Positions 9,254 through 18,059 of a stretch of DNA of 64,000 nt are shown here, piece after piece. Both the position numbers and the translations under genes were made by a program. Every line of letters begins with the position of its first letter. The first letter of the stretch is position 1. Location of the stretch: assembly GCA_003599485.1 (NCBI GenBank), contig QZKM01000019.1:9806-73805 (forward strand), given 5' to 3'. Origin of the DNA: Gammaproteobacteria bacterium (GTDB lineage Bacteria; Pseudomonadota; Gammaproteobacteria; SURF-13). Below the pieces are notes generated by a model, which did not search any database, was not told the origin of the DNA, and saw only the letters and a list, made by a program, of their open reading frames with translations.

Positions 9254-10291
9254 TTATTTTTTAACCATCTCCCTGATGACGCCAGCGACCTTCTCTGCAT
9301 CAGGATAGTAAAATTGCTCCAGCGTATAGCCTGCCGGCGTTGGAATGTCTGGAAGACCTACGCGGCGCACCGGCGATTTAAGGTAATCGAACCACTTTTC
9401 CGCGGCGAGACATCCGATCTCGGCACACACGCCTCCCATTGCCCAGCCGGTGTCCACCACCAATATCTTTCCGGTTTTCTTCAGGGATTCAGCGATGATC
9501 TGCTCGTCAAGCGGCTTGAGCGTCCGCAGATCAATGATCTCGCTCTCAATGCCATCGGCGGCGAGTTTGTTGGCCGCCTGCAAGGCGACTTCCAGCGCAT
9601 GCGAAGCGCCGACGATTGTGATATCGCTGCCGCGGCGGCGATAAATTCCTTTTCCCAGCGGCACGGTATAAAAACCTTCGGGTACCGTCCCGTCTTTTTT
9701 CATCAGCCAGCGATGCTCGAAGATCAGCACCGGGTTGTTGTCGGCGATCGCTGCCAGCATAAGTCCTTTGGCGTCGTATGGCGTGCTCGGCATCACGATT
9801 TTCAGGCCCGGCACCCCGAGCAGAAGTCCCTGAATGGACTGGGAATGCTGCGCGCCGGAACCCCATCCACGACCGATAGCAGCCCACACCACCATCGGCA
9901 CCGTGGTCTGGCCGTTGTCCATATAGTGGTACTTGGACGCGTGCGTCACCAGCTGATTGAAGGCGAGCAGAATGAAGTCAGGGCGGTTATGCATATACAC
10001 CGGCCGCATGCCGTTCATGGCCGCGCCAGTACAGACGCCCATCATTCCTTCTTCGGAGAGGGGGGTGTCGAACACGCGTGCGGCGCCGTATTTTTCCTGC
10101 AACCCCCTGGTGGTTCCAAACATGGCGCCGGGGTCATCCACGCCCTGCCCCAGAACGAACACGCCGGGGTCATGTGCCAGCGCGATGTCGAGCGCCTCAT
10201 TGATTGCTTTGGCGTAACCGAGAGATCTACCCGTGCCCGGGTCGGGCGCCTCATACACGAGCGAATTGACTAGACCTTCATCCCACGGCAT
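9254..10291 (-). CDS. ThDP-dependent 2-oxoacid dehydrogenase E1 beta subunit-like / transketolase C-terminal protein
   Basis: VFDTPLSEEG, GSGAQHSQ, PSTPYDAKGL, IFEHRWL, IDLRTLKPLD. Confidence 0.9.
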   Translation of the reverse strand: MPWDEGLVNSLVYEAPDPGTGRSLGYAKAINEALDIALAHDPGVFVLGQGVDDPGAMFGTTRGLQEKYGAARVFDTPLSEEGMMGVCTGAAMNGMRPVYMHNRPDFILLAFNQLVTHASKYHYMDNGQTTVPMVVWAAIGRGWGSGAQHSQSIQGLLLGVPGLKIVMPSTPYDAKGLMLAAIADNNPVLIFEHRWLMKKDGTVPEGFYTVPLGKGIYRRRGSDITIVGASHALEVALQAANKLAADGIESEIIDLRTLKPLDEQIIAESLKKTGKILVVDTGWAMGGVCAEIGCLAAEKWFDYLKSPVRRVGLPDIPTPAGYTLEQFYYPDAEKVAGVIREMVKK

Positions 10292-10312
10292 GACGTTTGT
10301 TCTCAGGGGTTA

Positions 10313-11338
10313 TCAATCGCTGTAAATATGGGCATACAAATCCTTTTCTTCCGGATTCGGGCTCGCCAGGGCGTAATCAAACGCCTCAATCACTTCCAGC
10401 ATGATTTCCGCATGCATGTGTTCGCGCTGTGCGATTGTGATTAAACCCGCATCCGCCAGAAACCGGAAATAGGTCTCGATGGGGCACACTTCCTCCCAAG
10501 CCTTCAATTCCGCAGTATCTCGATAGCCCGTGTGGCTGTCATCGCCCGCGCCACCGTGCGCCCTGAAACGGTACACTGGGGCCTCGATAAACGTAGCCCC
10601 ACCGCCTTCACGTGCGCGTTTGACTGCTTCACGAACGGCTTCATAGACAGCTAGTACGTTGGCGCCATCCACCCGCACACTGGCTATCCCATAACCCGCG
10701 GCCCATTTATATATCTCACGCGGTGGCTGCCGGGTTGCCAACGGCGACTGAACCGAATAGAAATTGTTCTCACAGAAGAAAATCACTGGAAGCTTTTTAA
10801 GAGCCGCGAAATTGAGGCTTTCGGAAGTAACACCCTCTTCCGTCCCCGCATCGCCGAAAAACACGACCGATACCCGGTCAAGCCCCTGGAGCTGCGCGGT
10901 AAGCGCGGAACCGGCAGCGATCGGAATGGCGCCGGCGACGATAGCGGAGGTTCCCGCCATGCCGACGCTCTTATCAATCAGATGCATGGAACCGCCGCGC
11001 GAGCCAACGCAACCGTTGATGCGGCAGTGCATCTCGCACAGCATCGCCTTGAGATCACCGCTCTTGGCGAGATAATTGCCGTGCGTGCGGTGGCTGCTGT
11101 ACAGCAGGTCAGTCTTGCGCAACGCCGCGCAACAGCCCACCGAGGTCGCCTCCTGCCCGATAACCAGATGGATCGGTGTTTTCATCTGGTCTTGGTGGTA
11201 GCGCCGCTCGATCTCCTCTTCGATCAAGCGTATGCGCAACATATCTCGAAACAGGCGTACCAGAAATTCATCCTGGAACCGGCCCCGGGCAGCACCCCAT
11301 CCCTGATAACCGTTCTCGGAATATTCGTACCTGATCAT
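10313..11338 (-). CDS. ThDP-dependent E1 alpha subunit-like protein
   Basis: HLVIGQEA, HRTHG, RGGSMH, ThDP-binding GDAGTEEG...ENNFYSV. Confidence 0.9.
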   Translation of the reverse strand: MIRYEYSENGYQGWGAARGRFQDEFLVRLFRDMLRIRLIEEEIERRYHQDQMKTPIHLVIGQEATSVGCCAALRKTDLLYSSHRTHGNYLAKSGDLKAMLCEMHCRINGCVGSRGGSMHLIDKSVGMAGTSAIVAGAIPIAAGSALTAQLQGLDRVSVVFFGDAGTEEGVTSESLNFAALKKLPVIFFCENNFYSVQSPLATRQPPREIYKWAAGYGIASVRVDGANVLAVYEAVREAVKRAREGGGATFIEAPVYRFRAHGGAGDDSHTGYRDTAELKAWEEVCPIETYFRFLADAGLITIAQREHMHAEIMLEVIEAFDYALASPNPEEKDLYAHIYSD

Positions 11339-11447
11339 GCTGTTACAACCGGAAAAAAGCCATTACTCTAACTGGAGAATGCTTTAAAAACGGAAATATC
11401 ACACGATCGGGATACTGGCCGCGGACCGCTCCGGCCGCCAAGCCGGG

Positions 11448-12473
11448 TTAGTACTTGTACTCAATCCCCACCCGGTTGCAGCCCGAGCAGATAGGTATGG
11501 TCTTTCTTCCATGTTCTCTATGAGTCTTCCTCATCCCCACCACCTCAGGCCCATTCCATACCTTTAATATGTCGGTTTCCGCCGGCTTGAACGTCCCATA
11601 GCCCTTGACGTTGCTCCATGTCACGTAATCACAGCAGGGCAACATGTCGCCGTTCCAGTTGACGGTGAGCACCTTCCACAACCAGTCGCAAGGTATGTGC
11701 GCCGCAGAGCGGACAACAGGCTGAATGTCCTCTTTGTCTTCCATGCCGCGGGGGTTGCCAGGACGGATAGTGAACAGAAACCCGTGTTGACGGGCAAAAT
11801 CCCTGAACTGCTCAATCTCATGGGTATTGTGTTTGTAGCGGATGTAATCAATCAGCACGATCATCCGGGCCTTTCTCTCTTTGATCCTCCGGGCCAACAT
11901 GCTCAGATTGCTCTTGATTACCTCCACATTGCCGAGACGATGTTGCACTTGGTGGACCTCGTTTGTAAAACCGGAGACGTGCACCTTGATCTGGTCAAGA
12001 TCGTTACTCAATATTTTCTCTATATTGGCCTCGTTCAACAAAATACCATTCGATGAAAGAATCGTCGCGACGTTACATTCCTTGGCAACTCTCAGAACAT
12101 CGTCCAAGTACTGATAAATAAATGGCTCGCCGTTTACATAAGGTACGGCCATCAGCAGTGTGTCCTTGGTCTGCCGGATAATATTCTCGTATATCGGAAG
12201 TTTCATGACTCCTTTTGGAATGAAACCGTCCGATTTACCGGGATTCAGATCATAGATCTTCCCGTTCTTGTCGCGGCAGAAAACGCAGCTTTCATTGCAG
12301 TTATTGGACAGCTCAAAGTTGATGAGAAACGGCGTCCGCCCGGATCGGTTGAGCTTGAGCCAGTAGGCCACGTAGCAATAAGCGGTATTGGCGATCTTGC
12401 GCAGAGACAGCTTTCCCTTGCGCAATAGCAGAAAAATTAAACTGATTTTCAGGAAAGAGTATTTTGTTAGCAT
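11448..12473 (-). CDS. Radical SAM protein with C-terminal twitch/SPASM domain
   Basis: CNESCVFC motif, NGEPF; C-terminal CDWLW...GDMLPCCD...CSGC. Confidence 0.88.
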   Translation of the reverse strand: MLTKYSFLKISLIFLLLRKGKLSLRKIANTAYCYVAYWLKLNRSGRTPFLINFELSNNCNESCVFCRDKNGKIYDLNPGKSDGFIPKGVMKLPIYENIIRQTKDTLLMAVPYVNGEPFIYQYLDDVLRVAKECNVATILSSNGILLNEANIEKILSNDLDQIKVHVSGFTNEVHQVQHRLGNVEVIKSNLSMLARRIKERKARMIVLIDYIRYKHNTHEIEQFRDFARQHGFLFTIRPGNPRGMEDKEDIQPVVRSAAHIPCDWLWKVLTVNWNGDMLPCCDYVTWSNVKGYGTFKPAETDILKVWNGPEVVGMRKTHREHGRKTIPICSGCNRVGIEYKY

Positions 12474-12494
12474 GCGGCACCCCTGTTCATTTCG

Positions 12495-13424
12495 TCAATC
12501 AAACCCTATTTTCCGGTCGATAATGTAGCTGGGGCGTCCCTTAACCTGTTCGTAAATCCTCCCCAAGTATACACCAAGGATCCCGATGGTAAACAAGATC
12601 ACTCCGCTCAGAAACAGGATGGTCGCCATAATGGCCGTCCAACCCGGCAGATTGATTCCCATAAGCTTGGTCAGGATAACATAGGCAAGCGCCAGGAATG
12701 AAATGAGCGCGACAACCAATCCAAGTATGAGTGCGAAATAAAGCGGCGCGGCGGAGAACGAAGTAATGCCGCGATTGAATTCCTTATAGGGGTTAGTGCT
12801 CTTGAATAATCCAAACTTGGATTCACCAGCCGCCCTCGCATCACGTTCATAATGCACCATGGCCTGCCTGAAGCCGATCCATCTGGACAAACCCCGCAGA
12901 TAAGGGTCGTGTTCATTCAGCTTCAGTATTTCCGTTACAGCCCTTCTCGACAAGAGTTTGAAGTCCCCGGCGTTTTCGTAGAAATCAATGTCCGAAAAGG
13001 CATTGATCATTTTATACGCAAGCATGGTCAGCCACATTTTCATCAAGCTTTCCCCATACCGCTTGGTGCGGACGGTATGAACAACCTCCACACCCTCATG
13101 CCATTTCCGCACCAGATCAGGGATCAGTTCGGGCGGATCCTGCAGGTCGGCGTCCATATACACAACGGCGTCCCCTCTTGCCTCAGCCAACCCGGCAATC
13201 ACACAGGGTGTTACTCCGAAACGGCGTGACATGCTGATGATTTTAATGTTGTTGTTCGCCGCGCGCAGCGACTGCAATATCTCCAATGATCCGTCCGTTG
13301 AGGCATCATTCACAAATATGAGTTCGTGCTCGCCAAGGTCCTCTAGAACAGCCGAGGCGCGACGGACGAGTTCGGGAATGACCTTTTCCTCATTTCTGAA
13401 GGAAAATACGACGGAGATAAGCAT
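12495..13424 (-). CDS. GT2 undecaprenyl-phosphate glycosyltransferase, GtrB/ArnC-like
   Basis: FRNEE, VNDASTDGS, MDADLQDPPE, GDFKLLSR, two C-terminal TM helices, YLGRIYEQVKGRPSYII. Confidence 0.9.
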   Translation of the reverse strand: MLISVVFSFRNEEKVIPELVRRASAVLEDLGEHELIFVNDASTDGSLEILQSLRAANNNIKIISMSRRFGVTPCVIAGLAEARGDAVVYMDADLQDPPELIPDLVRKWHEGVEVVHTVRTKRYGESLMKMWLTMLAYKMINAFSDIDFYENAGDFKLLSRRAVTEILKLNEHDPYLRGLSRWIGFRQAMVHYERDARAAGESKFGLFKSTNPYKEFNRGITSFSAAPLYFALILGLVVALISFLALAYVILTKLMGINLPGWTAIMATILFLSGVILFTIGILGVYLGRIYEQVKGRPSYIIDRKIGFD

Positions 13425-13627
13425 GTTCCTTGCTCCTCAGATCGGAAGTAGCGGGTTGATCGCCCGACTCCCGGTCACAAATCCAGGATAGGCACTGATT
13501 TTCGAAGCTGTCAAGGTAACACCGGTTTCAATGAGCAAACCCGGCGCACGGCGTACCGGGCGTTCTGGCAGTATGAAAAATCGGACCAAAGTTAACCGGT
13601 CAACAGGACTTCTGAGTGAATAAAAAC

Positions 13628-15424
13628 TCATCCCGTAGCCCTCCCGGGCCCGCCGTGCAAAGGACCTCCCGTATGGCTCACGGTGTCCTCGGCCGGGGGA
13701 ACATACACGGCAAACTCACCGTTGCTCCACACCCGCCGGTACGCATTCGAGGCAAGAAATTCCTCCAAAATATCATCATAACCAGTATTGCCATATTTTA
13801 CGGTTACTGGAAGTGGACGCCTGTCACCCCTCTCCAAGAGCATCCTTTCTATTTCATCGCGCGTATAGATCTCCGACCATGGGTGTGGGAAATACGGCTT
13901 GGTTTCAGTCAGGTAATTAAGCAGCGGCGCGGTCCACGCAACAAACAGCGTATCACCCTTGCGCACATATTTGCCCAGTTCTGCAATCACCGCGTTGAGC
14001 GACTCGGCTTTTTCATGGGTGGTATACACATGATTCAGGTACTGGTTATCAACAGCATAACGGAGCCCCGGGCGATTGTATGAGTCAGAGTACGAAAAAC
14101 AGAATCCGTTCACCGCTGAAAATAACAACAGCAGCGCCAGGGCGCGCTTCCGGTAAGCATGAAGCGTCTCTGAACCGGCCACGACTGACCCGCCCGCATC
14201 CTGTCCGCCAGCCAGGGCGAACCGCGTCTCACCCATGATACCCTTGACGTTACGCATGAACTCAACTACCAGCGGGAGAGCAGCCGGGAGCAGGTAGAGT
14301 TGATTGACGAAACCGGCCCCTGATCCCAGCGGCCAGATGACTAACTGAATCAACAGCAACAGGCCAATTACGCCCAGCGGTCCCGACCGCCACCGCGCCA
14401 TGAACGCATACAGCGCCGAAACCACCATGCACAACGCCACTAGCATCGACCCTAACCGCCCGGACAGGGGAATGCCGATCACGTCGTAAAAGTACCAGAA
14501 GAACAGAAGCGCCCCCGCGGCCGGCAGCAACCATACACGGGGGCGATATTTGTCCATCCTCAGGGTCCAGTGCACGGCCAGGAGCAACAGGGCCAGCATC
14601 ACCAGACCATCGAATAACAGATGGTAATAGCCATTGAGGACGGGCTTGATTAGATTGCCATAGGGACCATGATCGGCGTTGCCGGTGGAGGCGAACAGAT
14701 ATTCGAGCGAACGCAGATAATAGTAATCATGGCCCAGAGCCCGCATCATGACCAGTGACATGGCCACGGCCACAACCACACCGATGGTGAAAATCATCAA
14801 CTGCTTCCACTGGATGCGGGCCGGCGTTCCCTGCATCCAGCCGTGCCAAGCAATGGCCAGTGCCATAAACAGGCCCAGCAGATTAGGCAGCCTGACGAAG
14901 ATGTTGAAACCAATCAGTGCGGCAGCGGCGAAGATAAACCCCTGGCGATTCGCATTGAGACCGCGCACCAGCAGCAATATGGATGCAAGATGGAAAAACA
15001 GGGAGAGATTATTGTAGCCAAGCAGGGTTGTCGTCATAAAATGGTGGTAATACATCACGCCCACCAGCACGCCCAGCCCGATTGTCATCCTGTCCAGATG
15101 AGGTCGGCACAAAAGATAAACCAGACCGAACGTGGCGATGCTGACAACAGCCCCGCCGACCCGGAAACCGGCCAGACCAAACTCACCGAACAACAGATTC
15201 CAGGCGCCACCGATAATGCTCGTCCCCCAAACCCCGTAAGTGTCGGCAATCGCAGCCGGATCGCTGAAGATTAGCTGATAAATGACCAGGGCATTGCCTT
15301 CGTCGCTGTAACTGATGCCCTGCCACAAATACAGAAACGGATAGATGATAATCAACAGCCACACTGTGCGGGTTACATCCCGCCACATCCCGATTGATCC
15401 GGTAGATTCCACGTGTCCATTCAT
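13628..15424 (-). CDS. Large polytopic membrane protein, probable GT-C (GtrC/PMT-like) glycosyltransferase
   Basis: N-terminal TM followed by YSDEG loop, many TM segments, soluble C-terminal domain; directly upstream of the GtrB-like gene. Confidence 0.6.
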   Translation of the reverse strand: MNGHVESTGSIGMWRDVTRTVWLLIIIYPFLYLWQGISYSDEGNALVIYQLIFSDPAAIADTYGVWGTSIIGGAWNLLFGEFGLAGFRVGGAVVSIATFGLVYLLCRPHLDRMTIGLGVLVGVMYYHHFMTTTLLGYNNLSLFFHLASILLLVRGLNANRQGFIFAAAALIGFNIFVRLPNLLGLFMALAIAWHGWMQGTPARIQWKQLMIFTIGVVVAVAMSLVMMRALGHDYYYLRSLEYLFASTGNADHGPYGNLIKPVLNGYYHLLFDGLVMLALLLLAVHWTLRMDKYRPRVWLLPAAGALLFFWYFYDVIGIPLSGRLGSMLVALCMVVSALYAFMARWRSGPLGVIGLLLLIQLVIWPLGSGAGFVNQLYLLPAALPLVVEFMRNVKGIMGETRFALAGGQDAGGSVVAGSETLHAYRKRALALLLLFSAVNGFCFSYSDSYNRPGLRYAVDNQYLNHVYTTHEKAESLNAVIAELGKYVRKGDTLFVAWTAPLLNYLTETKPYFPHPWSEIYTRDEIERMLLERGDRRPLPVTVKYGNTGYDDILEEFLASNAYRRVWSNGEFAVYVPPAEDTVSHTGGPLHGGPGRATG

Positions 15425-15680
15425 CAGACCTGCCCCACATTTTTTATTAAATCATGCTGATGAGTTAATGGGGTAGGATTGCCCGGGCTGGTTGTCAGGA
15501 ACCGCGCTCGATGATCCTCACGACATTCTCCGTCCGGCACTGCTGCGATTTTTGACATTCTACGGACGCAATATTCCCGCAGGACTCGCTGACCCTGTGT
15601 CCGTGCCACTAGGCGTGTATGTGTAACCCATGGTGATGCATTTGTGACAATTTAAATATTTTAGACACCCCTCCTCAATA

Positions 15681-16667
15681 TCATTCTCGTTCATGGATTG
15701 AGAAATGTGGTTTCCGGTAGATGATGGTCATACCTGTCACGATAAGATCGAATTTATCATGCTTACCCAACAACATAGAAGCGAGGACTGGATTTTCCAA
15801 CAAACACTTGATAGCCCGAGGTTCAATTATCAGAGCTACATATTCACGGTGGAATCCTGCCTTCTCCAGTGCCTCCAAATATTGAGTTGGGCGCAAATAG
15901 CTGAAAAGCCCATTTTCAATCCATGTTCGACCATCGTGCTCCGAATGGCTAAACGTTCCCAATGTATCTATGTACCTTGTATACGCTGAACGATCGAGCA
16001 CTAGATGATTATATCCAGCGGCAATGGCGTCGTACCCTGAAATATGGTCACCACCCCAACAATACCAGAGTGGTCCAAAGGTCGCATAGACAATGCCCCC
16101 TGGCCTGAGCAAGCGATGAAATTCAAGTAAAACATCTGACAAATTTCGTACGTGCTCAAACACAGCATCGGAGCCGACAACATCAAGCGATGAATCCGAA
16201 AAATGTTCTATGTGTGACAGATCCGACTGCGTAAATTCCAGCATTACATGAGGGTATTTTTGGGCGACCTGATGGTGCAATAGAGACCATGCACGGTCAT
16301 ACCTGAAGTAGTCGGTTCCTATTACCAATTCTGGGCTGTACGGTAACCAAGATATGATATCGCGACCCGTCCCACAGCCAGCAATCAAAAGACGTTGCCC
16401 TCGAAGTGGAAATATCTTGTTAACGCGACGTCTGTGGACCTCAAAATCGTTTCCTCGCTGCCCCCACAACCATTGATCAACAGGAAAACGGCACATGGTC
16501 TGGTATCGCCGACCCATCCATTCATTAATAAGGAATTTGTAGATAGGATATACAAACCGCCGTATGGGCCGCTTGACAAGGATCTCCAGTTGGTCGGGCA
16601 ATGGCAGGACGTATTGCGCGGGCGTACGGTCATCGGCCGGAAGAATATTACGAGGCACTACTGGCAC
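15681..16667 (-). CDS. Class I SAM-dependent methyltransferase
   Basis: LIAGCGTGRD, SDAVFEHV, LLRPGG. Start placed at GTG 16667, preceded by GGAGG. Visibly AT-richer than neighbours. Confidence 0.85.
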   Translation of the reverse strand: MPVVPRNILPADDRTPAQYVLPLPDQLEILVKRPIRRFVYPIYKFLINEWMGRRYQTMCRFPVDQWLWGQRGNDFEVHRRRVNKIFPLRGQRLLIAGCGTGRDIISWLPYSPELVIGTDYFRYDRAWSLLHHQVAQKYPHVMLEFTQSDLSHIEHFSDSSLDVVGSDAVFEHVRNLSDVLLEFHRLLRPGGIVYATFGPLWYCWGGDHISGYDAIAAGYNHLVLDRSAYTRYIDTLGTFSHSEHDGRTWIENGLFSYLRPTQYLEALEKAGFHREYVALIIEPRAIKCLLENPVLASMLLGKHDKFDLIVTGMTIIYRKPHFSIHERE

Positions 16668-16979
16668 GATTGCCGTCCTCCAGTCAGTTCCTGGAACTGT
16701 AATACCAACATTACGAACAATCCACACCAGTACAGGACCAGCCATTGACCTACAACTGAACGAGCTGAATGCCACCGCATCCGGATTCCAGCACTCGCAC
16801 AGGATCGGAGCGTCCGAAGCGGGTATGTTGCAAGATGAGTCGTCATATCCGGTTCAGCAGGGCGGAACTTCAGGCAGGGATGCATCGTTACATCGGCCGG
16901 CTCATGGCCCTGAACTTTGATCTCTTGTTTCCAGGCCTCGGTGACCAAGGCCGCTTTCATCCGCTGCCGCTCCCTCTGG

Positions 16980-18059
16980 TTATTTTTCATATTGCCGAGC
17001 AAATGCAACAAGATGGCCATATTTTTCGTTCAACGACCTACGGCGGTAACCGTGGATACGACGACGGACAGCTCGGATGGCCGCCGCCACCTTCCGCAAG
17101 CGCAGCTTTTCGAACACCAAGGTGAACAGGCCCAGCAATGTCCCCGCCACTGGATAACCGCAATCCTTCACGCCCCGCGCTGCCGCGAGCGCATAGGCGT
17201 AATCGCCGCGTGCCAGGGACTTGACCGCCTGCACAAAACCAATTCTGCGATAATCCTGATGGAGGCGCTGATTCAAGCAGGTGTGAACAAAATCGGGAAC
17301 CGCCTTGTCCTCGGCAATACGCTTCATCATTGCATCCCACCAAGCAATGTAATTCTTGCCGATCGGGGGTACGGTCCCGCTGGTGGAAGCATCGTGAGCC
17401 ATCAGTACACCGCCTACACCGGGAGCCACCACAACGGGAAATCTGGCCGCCGCATGATAGACGAAACCACCATCTGCCTGTGGCCCAACGTTCGTATCGA
17501 TCAGTCCAATTCGATCCCGCACTTCCGTGCGAAAGACAATCCCCGTCCACGTGCGGGGAATTGTTGCCTCGATCATGCCTTTGAAGGCCCCCCCGGCGGC
17601 GTAATATCTCATCTCGGAAACACCGACCGGGCGTGTGAGAACATTCAATTTAGTGTCAACCACCATGGTGGCCAAGCACGCCATCATGGCATCCGGATAG
17701 GCAATGAATGCTTCCATCGCTCTCTCATAGAACCAAGGTGTAAGGAAATCATCATCGGAAAGAAGCGAGAAGAATGGGGTTTTCACCTGTTGCAGGCCAT
17801 AATTGAAATTGGGGTAGGAGCCAATATTCACGGGATGGCGATGATAGCGCACCCGCGCTCCCTCCCCGGCCAGCGTCATAACAACTTGCTCGGTCTCGTC
17901 CCAAGATGCGTTGTCGTACACGCACACGCGCACACAAGGATAAGACTGGTTCAGCGCGCTCAAAATAGCTCGCCGGAGCAACTGGGGGCGGCGATAGGTC
18001 GGAATAACTGTCGTGACCATTTCCGGAACCGAATTCACAGACGGGCGCGAATCAGGCAT
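16980..18059 (-). CDS. GT2 glycosyltransferase
   Basis: VIPTYRRP, VYDNASWDET, LSDDDFL. Start placed at 18059, overlapping the wzx stop. Confidence 0.88.
   Translation of the reverse strand: MPDSRPSVNSVPEMVTTVIPTYRRPQLLRRAILSALNQSYPCVRVCVYDNASWDETEQVVMTLAGEGARVRYHRHPVNIGSYPNFNYGLQQVKTPFFSLLSDDDFLTPWFYERAMEAFIAYPDAMMACLATMVVDTKLNVLTRPVGVSEMRYYAAGGAFKGMIEATIPRTWTGIVFRTEVRDRIGLIDTNVGPQADGGFVYHAAARFPVVVAPGVGGVLMAHDASTSGTVPPIGKNYIAWWDAMMKRIAEDKAVPDFVHTCLNQRLHQDYRRIGFVQAVKSLARGDYAYALAAARGVKDCGYPVAGTLLGLFTLVFEKLRLRKVAAAIRAVRRRIHGYRRRSLNEKYGHLVAFARQYEK

Noticed and set aside
9254-11338. Housekeeping pyruvate or acetoin dehydrogenase
   Set aside because: No E2/E3 partner in the window, and it is embedded among NDP-sugar genes
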